DNA of 64,000 nt from IMG/VR virus record IMGVR_UViG_3300033067_000504, positions 31,203-95,202 of that record; one strand, 5' to 3'. How positions within the stretch are numbered: position 1 is the stretch's first letter; the number at the start of each line of letters is the position of its first letter. This DNA is from a virus (taxonomy: Duplodnaviria; Heunggongvirae; Uroviricota; Caudoviricetes). Below are positions 58,296 through 64,000 of this stretch, one piece after another. The notes beneath the pieces were generated by a model. The model did no database searches, had not been told where the DNA came from, and saw only the letters and a list, made by a program, of their open reading frames with translations. Made by a program: the position numbers and the translations under genes.

Positions 58296-58301
58296 TGATA
58301 A

Positions 58302-58423
58302 GTTCTGTAACAGCAATTTTAAAGCTAATTCCAACAGTGGGTCGCAAGTTCGAGTCTTGCATGGTTCGTAAGAGCCATTAGCTCAGGTGGTAGAGCAACC
58401 GTCAATGCAAAAAAATTCAGAAC
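58302..58423 (+). ncRNA. Y RNA (YrlA)-like unit C carrying a tRNA mimic
   Basis: Outer helix GTTCTG/CAGAAC; bulge TAACAGC; inner AATTTT/AAAATT. Apical module: T-arm GCAAG-TTCGAGT-CTTGC, ATGGTTC, GTAA loop, GAGCCAT (complementary, G-U at one position), U8, D-arm GCTC-AGGTGGTAG-AGC with G18G19. Confidence 0.55.
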
Positions 58424-58429
58424 TGATAA

Positions 58430-58544
58430 TGTGAGTAACAGCAATTTTAAATGAATTTGGTTCCGTAGACGTAGGTTCGATCCCTACACCCCTACCATAA
58501 GGTTTGGGTTCGTCTAGTGGCTAGGACAACGTAAAATTCTCACA
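58430..58544 (+). ncRNA. Y RNA (YrlA)-like unit D carrying a tRNA mimic
   Basis: Outer helix (A)TGTGAG/CTCACA(T); bulge TAACAGC; inner AATTTTA/TAAAATT. T-arm GTAGG-TTCGATC-CCTAC, ACCCCTACC-ATAA-GGTTTGGGT acceptor-like hairpin (7 of 9 bp), D-arm GTCT-AGTGGCTA-GGAC. Confidence 0.5.
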
Positions 58545-58550
58545 TGATAA

Positions 58551-58646
58551 AGTGTCACGCAGCAAAACAAAAACTATTCTTTTTGAAACAGAGACGAAGC
58601 TTGGAGGCTAGTAATAGTACGGGTTCGATTCCCCGAATTTGACACT
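58551..58646 (+). ncRNA. structured RNA unit E (outer helix AGTGTCA/TGACACT, variant CGCAGCA bulge, T-arm-like CGGG-TTCGATT-CCCG element)
   Basis: Same outer-helix/bulge architecture; the apical part holds a T-arm-like hairpin only. Confidence 0.4.
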
Positions 58647-58663
58647 TGTTAAACAAACAAACT

Positions 58664-59077
58664 ATGAAACATTTATTCCTTATTCTAATCCTATTTGCTA
58701 CAGCTTGTTCTAAACAGGATGTAGCACCCAAAGCACCAATAACTATTGAAGGCAATTGGAGCTTTGATTTCACTGATAAAACTGTTGGTGGCTCATTTAC
58801 TATTGAAACAGTAAATAATAAACTGGCAGTGACTAAAGGTTCTTATTATACTACCTGTTGTGGTGGTATTAAGAATACAGTAATCATTGGTAAAGTTACA
58901 CAACTACCTGATGATAAGACAGTTATTACATTACAAGGAGCTGATATTAGTAATGCACTGATACTGCATGTAAGCTCTATTAGTACAGATGGTAACACAA
59001 TAATCAGTGATAATACTACTGATTACCACACGTTACAGTTCTGGACACAAGTAGTAACAATTAAACGTACACTCTAA
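58664..59077 (+). CDS. lipoprotein, ~138 aa
   Basis: MKHLFLILILFATAC: signal peptide plus lipobox (FATAC) from the ATG at 58664. The track's 58646 start is a TTG inside RNA unit E and is unlikely. Confidence 0.5.
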   Translation: MKHLFLILILFATACSKQDVAPKAPITIEGNWSFDFTDKTVGGSFTIETVNNKLAVTKGSYYTTCCGGIKNTVIIGKVTQLPDDKTVITLQGADISNALILHVSSISTDGNTIISDNTTDYHTLQFWTQVVTIKRTL

Positions 59078-59090
59078 CCTTCTCTCATGT

Positions 59091-59315
59091 ATGGCTAGAC
59101 ATTTATTTAAAGTACCATTACCAACAAGTGATATGTTTATTTATAGTGTTAGCCTAAAAAAGAAAGAAATAGGTTATGAAGTAAGAGATCCTGAAGGTAA
59201 GTTGCTTGAAACACCAGGAGTAGCTAAGATCACAACAGATGCTACCAAAGCATATTTTGATTCTAGATTTATTCCTATTGATCTGATAAAACACATTGAA
59301 ACAGTATTATCATGA
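59091..59315 (+). CDS. hypothetical protein, 74 aa
   Basis: ORF. Confidence 0.35.
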   Translation: MARHLFKVPLPTSDMFIYSVSLKKKEIGYEVRDPEGKLLETPGVAKITTDATKAYFDSRFIPIDLIKHIETVLS

Positions 59316-59581
59316 AACAAAAGAAAACACCAAAACCACAGCAGATGTGGGATGTTTGTATAATGTTGAAACAAGGTGATGATAGAGAACCAAGACACTT
59401 ATCAACACCACATTATAATTTACCTTATAAGCTAGCCTCAACACTTGGCAAAGCTGAAGAAAGTAAACCTACTAACCAAAAAGGTACATTCTATAAGTTA
59501 GTAAAGAATGGAGAAAAACCTACAAAACAAATGAGTATACCATTTCAACATAGTATACCAAATGAGTTAGTAGTTATGTAA
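59312..59581 (+). CDS. hypothetical protein, 89 aa
   Basis: ORF with ATGA start/stop overlap with the previous ORF. Confidence 0.35.
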   Translation: MKQKKTPKPQQMWDVCIMLKQGDDREPRHLSTPHYNLPYKLASTLGKAEESKPTNQKGTFYKLVKNGEKPTKQMSIPFQHSIPNELVVM

Positions 59582-59940
59582 GTAAATTAAGCAGTCAGTT
59601 ATATTTAACCCCTTTCCAATGGATGATGATGAATTGCTTGTTGAGGATGAGAACGAAATATCGTTTCAAGTCCAAGAGTATGTTCAAGGAAGTAATGGTG
59701 CAATACCAGAACTTCCTGAAGACTACGAAATAGTCAAGGGTGGTTATCGCAGCAGAGAGTTTTAATAGCGTCATTTCGCCCAGTAACTGGGTTAGTTAGT
59801 GACTAAGAAATTAGTTAAGCAACAAATAGAGTTAATGCTTAGATTAGCGTTTAAGCACAACAAAGAACAATGAAATTGAGATGCCCCTCGCAAGGGCTAA
59901 TCATTCCTTGACTTTTTATTTTTAACCAAACAAAAATTGA

Positions 59941-60555
59941 ATGAGATGGATAATAACCATACTACTGATAATAAGTACAGGTCTGGTAAAAGGCCAAGAC
60001 TCGCTACAGTGTATTTTGGAGGAACGAAATATCGTAGAGTTCTCAGAGGAGAACTTAAAGGAGTATATATGCCTAAAGAAAATAAAGCATCCTGAGATAG
60101 TATATGCTCAGGCTTTAATTGAGACAGGAGGTTTTACTTCAACAATATATAAACAGAATAACAATCTGTTTGGAATGAAGTATGTTTATGATTGTAAGTC
60201 ATGCAAAATAGTAAAGCAGGCTCATCATAGACAAACAACAGCAGTAGGATCTAAATATGGACACGCAAAGTATAATCATTGGACACATTCTGTTGATGAT
60301 TATCTATTATGGCAGAAGATGTTTAGTGATACCTGGATAAATAAAGAGAAGAACTATCTGTATTTGTTAGGTAAATACTATGCTGAAGATAAGAAGTACA
60401 TAGAGAAAATAAGAATAGTGATAGCAAAAACAAGACAACAGTATTATGATGACAAGAGAAGAGCTATTGACTCTAAAATGGATGTCAATGCAGCAACTTA
60501 TATCAGCACTCGAAGCAAAAAAGATACTGTTTGCTTATATAGTATGCTCAGGTAA
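59941..60555 (+). CDS. secreted peptidoglycan hydrolase (FlgJ-type N-acetylglucosaminidase domain), endolysin candidate, 204 aa
   Basis: N-terminal signal/SAR-like segment MRWIITILLIISTGLVKGQ; AQALIETGGFTS...NNLFGMKY matches the glucosaminidase (PF01832-type) consensus. Confidence 0.55.
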   Translation: MRWIITILLIISTGLVKGQDSLQCILEERNIVEFSEENLKEYICLKKIKHPEIVYAQALIETGGFTSTIYKQNNNLFGMKYVYDCKSCKIVKQAHHRQTTAVGSKYGHAKYNHWTHSVDDYLLWQKMFSDTWINKEKNYLYLLGKYYAEDKKYIEKIRIVIAKTRQQYYDDKRRAIDSKMDVNAATYISTRSKKDTVCLYSMLR

Positions 60556-60680
60556 AGGAACACACTTTTGGGTAATAGATGTAGACATAGTACCTACAGC
60601 TAAATTTGAGCAAGCTGTTACTATAGCAACTAACTTCTTTTTAAACTTAGATATTGATAAATACCTAAACCATATAAAGA

Positions 60681-60845
60681 ATGAAAGATCCTAATGGTAG
60701 AAATCCAAGAGAAGAAGTTAAGAAGGCTCGTAAAGAGACTACTAATTATCTTGGTGACGTGCTTTATGTCGTCGATTCGTATAGATACTATGCAGATCAA
60801 AAACAAGCAAACATACACTTAACAGTAGGTAAACAAAGAATATGA
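60681..60845 (+). CDS. small basic protein, 54 aa
   Basis: ORF below the track cutoff; its stop overlaps the next start (ATGA). Confidence 0.3.
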   Translation: MKDPNGRNPREEVKKARKETTNYLGDVLYVVDSYRYYADQKQANIHLTVGKQRI

Positions 60846-60979
60846 TAAGATTGGCAGCAGCAGCAGCAATTTTGGCTGTAATAGTCATAGTTGCTTGGGC
60901 AGTGACAGTAGTTGTAGGAAATTACACACAGCCTAAAAAAGAAGAAGAAAAACCAAAAGAAGAAACAAAAACAAACTAA
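60842..60979 (+). CDS. single-TM small membrane protein, 45 aa (holin/spanin-like)
   Basis: MIRLAAAAAILAVIVIVAWAVTVVVG then a charged KKEEEKPKEETKTN tail; downstream of the endolysin candidate. Confidence 0.35.
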   Translation: MIRLAAAAAILAVIVIVAWAVTVVVGNYTQPKKEEEKPKEETKTN

Positions 60980-60982
60980 ACA

Positions 60983-62215
60983 ATGAAAACAAATCAAATA
61001 GTAGGATTGGTAGTGGGAGTAGTATTACTATTTCTAGGACTTATGATGAACCCATTTTCCTGGAATGATGCAGGAAATCGAACAGTGGTAGAACAGGCTG
61101 GAGGAACACAATTTGTGGAATTCACTCCTGGTATTTTCTATGCTGGATTCTTTGCAAAAGAAACAGAATGGCCCAATCAGATTTCAGTAACTTATATGAA
61201 AGATCAGGCAGACCTCGATCTTCGTGATAATGGTATTGAGATTGGTAAGATTCAGGTAATGTTTAATGATGGAACTACAGCAGATGTAAAGGGTATAGCA
61301 CAATTTGTGTTGCCTTCTGATGCTAAAGACATGATTTTGATTCACAATACACACAGAACCCCACAATCATTAGTTACTAAAAGATTAGCTACTTTCACTA
61401 AAGAATGTCTACAATCATCAGCTCAATCTATGAGTAGTGATAAGCATTATGGAGGAGGTAGAGCACAGATGTCACAAGACTTTATTGATCAGCTTCGTAA
61501 TGGTGTTTATATATCCTTTACAGAAGAGAAGGTAGTCTATGATTCTGTAGCTAAAGAGAATAAAAGATTGTACATAACATCTGTTAGGAAAGGGGAAGAT
61601 GGTCAGCCTACACGTAAAACTTCAGCAATTAAAGAATATCAAATTTCTGTTGCTGATGCTTCTATTGTAGACACTGATTATGCAGATGTAGTTGATCAAA
61701 AGTTGAAACAAGTAATTGATGCTGCAACCAAATCAGCAGTATCAAGACAAAACCTTATGACCGCACAGCAGGAAGCTTTAACAGCTAAAGCTCAAGGTGA
61801 AAAGGATCTTGTGGAGATAGAGTATCAACAAAAACAAGAGCAAACAAAACAAGTAGTAGAAGCTGAAACTAAAGTAAAGGTTGCACAACAAGACCTTGAA
61901 CAACAAAAGATTCAGTTTACAGCTGCAACATTTGAGGCTAAGAAAAAAGTAACGTTGGCTGATGCTAGTGCTTATGAGAAGAAGACTACAATTCAGGCGG
62001 ATGGAGCTTTGGAGCTTAAACTTAATGCTCTTGTAAATATTCAAAAGAGTTGGGCAGATGCTTTTAGTAAGTACCAAGGTAATATTGTTCCCATGTACCA
62101 GACGGGTAATGGTGGAACAGGTAATGGTGCTGTAAGCTTCATGGAACTTATGACAGCTAAAACGGCTAAAGATCTTGCTCTTGATTTGAATGTTCCAAAA
62201 GGAAAGAATCCTTAA
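60983..62215 (+). CDS. membrane-anchored SPFH/band-7-like protein with a C-terminal coiled coil, 410 aa
   Basis: N-terminal TM segment IVGLVVGVVLLFLGLMM, a beta-rich middle domain, then a long Gln/Glu/Lys coiled coil. Confidence 0.4.
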   Translation: MKTNQIVGLVVGVVLLFLGLMMNPFSWNDAGNRTVVEQAGGTQFVEFTPGIFYAGFFAKETEWPNQISVTYMKDQADLDLRDNGIEIGKIQVMFNDGTTADVKGIAQFVLPSDAKDMILIHNTHRTPQSLVTKRLATFTKECLQSSAQSMSSDKHYGGGRAQMSQDFIDQLRNGVYISFTEEKVVYDSVAKENKRLYITSVRKGEDGQPTRKTSAIKEYQISVADASIVDTDYADVVDQKLKQVIDAATKSAVSRQNLMTAQQEALTAKAQGEKDLVEIEYQQKQEQTKQVVEAETKVKVAQQDLEQQKIQFTAATFEAKKKVTLADASAYEKKTTIQADGALELKLNALVNIQKSWADAFSKYQGNIVPMYQTGNGGTGNGAVSFMELMTAKTAKDLALDLNVPKGKNP

Positions 62216-62446
62216 AGATAGTAGCTGGATTGTAATTACAGCTAAGGTTAAACGTAAGATGTAATCATAGAAGATATTCTACTGGTTAATAACCAATTGT
62301 TACAGATAAAAACGTTAAAGTGGGGTGAGAATCCCTGCGCTAATACCACTTATGAAATAGAGCTGTTCATAAACTGTCCAAAGTCAGTATAAAGGTAGAT
62401 GGGCGAAAATTGATACAATTGATACAAAAACTAACAAAAAAGTAAA

Positions 62447-62938
62447 ATGGAAACTCCTAGTATTAAATTTAAACGTGCAGCCCTTGCTGGCTACGCATTT
62501 ATCACACCCTCAATGAAGGGTCGTAAAATCGAGCTTGAAGTATCAAGCAATGTAACCGAAAAGAATCGGGTGATCAGTGAAACTGGTCGCGAAAGCTACA
62601 TTGTTGGATTGAAAGCTATTGCTCCTGACAAGGTGCTGGCTGTGAAACAACTGTTTGCAAGTCGTGAAGAGGTTGATATTGAAGAAACCAATGGCCTGTT
62701 TTTGACAGGTAACATCTGGATCAACAATGGTCAACCAAGCACAGCTCTCCCTATGAAAGGTGAGAAGATTGATGTTACTATTGATGAAGTTGCTGATCGT
62801 GAAGGTGAAGCAGTTCTTCGTGTAACTAACTTGAAGACTCGTGCAGCTGAACAAGCTAGCAAAGTTAACCTGGACAATTTCTTTGCTGGAGAAGGACAGG
62901 AACAACCAGCTTCAGGTGAGTTGGTAACCAAGAAGTAA
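62447..62938 (+). CDS. hypothetical protein, 163 aa (GC-richer codon usage)
   Basis: ORF followed by a strong terminator. Confidence 0.45.
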   Translation: METPSIKFKRAALAGYAFITPSMKGRKIELEVSSNVTEKNRVISETGRESYIVGLKAIAPDKVLAVKQLFASREEVDIEETNGLFLTGNIWINNGQPSTALPMKGEKIDVTIDEVADREGEAVLRVTNLKTRAAEQASKVNLDNFFAGEGQEQPASGELVTKK

Positions 62939-62944
62939 TAATTT

Positions 62945-62985
62945 AACCCTAACTAAAAAGCTCATTAGTTAGGGTTACTTTTTTG
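62945..62985 (+). terminator. rho-independent terminator (12-bp stem plus T-run)
   Basis: AACCCTAACTAA-AAAGCTCA-TTAGTTAGGGTT followed by ACTTTTTTG. Confidence 0.65.
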
Positions 62986-63031
62986 ACAACTAAAAGAAAT
63001 ATTTAAGGAACGAGATTAAACAAACAATGAT

Positions 63032-63256
63032 ATGAAGGATGATAACATTTATCGGGAGCAATACAAGCTACTGAAAAAGGCACTTAGAACGGCTGTCGCT
63101 GATTACATGAGATCAGAAGGATGCTCGTGCTGTGAAGGTCCAGACCATAAGGAACATAAGGAAGTTATCGCAAAACTTCTTTCAGTTCAAAAATACTCGG
63201 ATGGCTCAGGGTACGATTTTTCAAAGTATGAATCTAAGGTAACCCCAACACTATGA
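63032..63256 (+). CDS. small Cys-containing protein, 74 aa
   Basis: ORF with a CSCCEGPDHKEHKE motif. Confidence 0.4.
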   Translation: MKDDNIYREQYKLLKKALRTAVADYMRSEGCSCCEGPDHKEHKEVIAKLLSVQKYSDGSGYDFSKYESKVTPTL

Positions 63257-63930
63257 ACCCAACCGAAACCATGCAACGGCTTATTGAATTAGGAGCCTGT
63301 GAAGAAGCCCGCAAGTGGGCTAAAGATAAAACCGCCCAAGAATGTTGGGAACAATGCCATCGTGGAGATTGGCTCTTGTGGTGGGCAAAAAAAGAAGGTA
63401 TTGGATTACGCGAATTGACGTTGGCTAAAGGTAAGTGCGCTGAAACGGTTATTCACTTGATGAAAGACCAGCGCAGTAAAAAAGCGGTTCAGGCGGCTAT
63501 TGACTATGGTAATGGATTGATTACTGACGATCAATTACGGACTGCTTATGCTGCTGCTGCTTATGCTACTACTGATGCTGCTGCTGCTGCTTATGCTACT
63601 GCTGATGCTGATGCTGATGCTGATGCTGCTGATGCTGCTGCTTATGCTGCTGCTGCTGCTGCTGATGCTGCTGCTTATGCTACTGCTGCTGCTGATGCTG
63701 CTGCTTATGCTACTGCTGCTGCTGATGCTGCTGCTTATGCTGCTGCTGCTGCTGCTGCTGATGCTGCTGCTTATGCTACTACTGCTGCTGATGCTGCTGC
63801 TTATGCTTATGCTGCTGCTGATGCTGCTGCTGCTTATGCTGCTGCTGATGCTCGGAGAAAAGCAAGAGAAGAAAACCAACAAATGACAGCCGATATAGTC
63901 CGCGCCACAATTAACCCCACCTGGATATGA
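63253..63930 (+). CDS. protein with an Ala/Asp/Tyr low-complexity tandem-repeat tract (AAADAAAYA x~10), 225 aa
   Basis: Well-formed N-terminal domain (MNPTETMQRLIELGACEEARKWAKD...), then in-frame 27-nt tandem DNA repeats at 63538-63850; ATGA coupling on both sides. Confidence 0.5.
   Translation: MNPTETMQRLIELGACEEARKWAKDKTAQECWEQCHRGDWLLWWAKKEGIGLRELTLAKGKCAETVIHLMKDQRSKKAVQAAIDYGNGLITDDQLRTAYAAAAYATTDAAAAAYATADADADADAADAAAYAAAAAADAAAYATAAADAAAYATAAADAAAYAAAAAAADAAAYATTAADAAAYAYAAADAAAAYAAADARRKAREENQQMTADIVRATINPTWI
63538..63850 (+). repeat. imperfect tandem repeat, ~27-nt unit GCTGCTGCTGATGCTGCTGCTTATGCT(ACT), ~10 copies, in-frame within the CDS
   Basis: Directly visible periodicity of GCT/GAT/TAT codons. 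Confidence 0.8.
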
Positions 63931-64000
63931 ACCCAACAAAAGAAGAACTGGACGAGGCGATTGCATTTCTGAAAGATGGATTTCGTCAAGATGCCAGCAT
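63927..64000 (+). CDS. 5' end of an ORF (MNPTKEELDEAIAFLKDG...), partial
   Basis: Begins with the same MNPT as the preceding gene; runs off the window. Confidence 0.3.
   Translation, partial: MNPTKEELDEAIAFLKDGFRQDAS

Noticed and set aside
58330-58530. tRNA pseudogenes / attP remnants, circularly permuted tRNA genes, or a permuted two-piece tmRNA
   Set aside because: Both copies keep an intact elbow (T-loop TTCGAxT, D-loop GG) but have the acceptor closed by a tetraloop and no anticodon arm. There is no tag reading frame or resume codon for tmRNA, no integrase, and the halves lie in YrlA-type order within a conserved outer helix. A Y-RNA-like tRNA mimic explains all features.
58141-58646. 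Interpreting the repeat-and-spacer-like interval as a CRISPR array
   Set aside because: The repeated element is an imperfect ~25-nt motif embedded in units of very different length (58-122 nt). The flanks of each unit are mutually complementary (helices), two 'spacers' are tRNA-like modules, and there are no cas genes or leader. The pattern fits a structured-RNA family, not CRISPR.
63535-63966. ORFs 63548-63886 (+, LLLMLLL...) and 63535-63966 (-, SSISSS...)
   Set aside because: Alternative-frame and antisense read-throughs of the GCT/GAT tandem repeat. The in-frame 63253-63930 ORF has a proper N-terminal domain and ATGA coupling to its neighbours.

Overview
This 64-kb window looks like most of a crAss-like (Crassvirales-type) podophage genome from an AT-rich, probably Bacteroidota, host. 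Three blocks are visible.

**Structural/packaging/virion-cargo block (727-50066, minus strand, ~49 kb).** It reads TerL, portal, acidic scaffold-like protein, major capsid candidate, a run of tail and tail-fibre genes (two fibres with collagen-like and Thr/Gly-rich repeats), then a single uninterrupted 4799-aa giant ORF. That ORF carries a DFDVD motif (resembling the catalytic loop of crAss-like virion RNA polymerases) and an HExxH zincin motif. The block ends with an HNH endonuclease followed directly by a tight six-tRNA array: Tyr-GTA, Leu-TAA, Asn-GTT, Leu-TAG, His-GTG and Pro-TGG.

**ORF-poor ~4.6-kb region (50.7-55.4 kb).** It contains a C39-like cysteine peptidase, several mini-ORFs, and a leader/promoter-like motif (CACGATCACTCTAAC...TCTCTCATA) present three times. 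This probably represents early transcription units.

**Plus-strand block (55.4-64 kb).** A ParB-like protein is followed by a 565-aa protein with a canonical vWA MIDAS motif (DTSGSM), which I interpret as Ro60/Rsr-like. Immediately downstream, an ~500-nt ORF-free region is tiled by five or six tandem structured-RNA units. Each unit has an outer 6-7-bp helix whose sequence differs between units but stays complementary (covariation), a conserved 5'-strand bulge (U/A)AACAGCA, an AU-rich inner helix, and a variable apical domain. Consecutive units are joined by (T)GATAA linkers. In two units the apical domain is a near-canonical tRNA mimic in YrlA-type permuted order: T-arm, 3' acceptor strand, GNRA/ATAA-type loop, 5' acceptor strand, D-arm with G18G19. 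Bacterial and mycobacteriophage Ro60-associated Y RNAs (YrlA) have this architecture. A Ro-like protein plus a tandem Y-RNA-like array in a crAss-like phage is the most notable candidate system in the window.

The block continues with a lipoprotein, a lysis-like cassette (signal-peptide glucosaminidase, two small ATGA-coupled ORFs, an SPFH/band-7-like membrane protein), and a GC-richer right end with a 27-nt in-frame tandem repeat (AAADAAAYA). The standard genetic code appears to be in use throughout. No CRISPR arrays or obvious integrase were seen.
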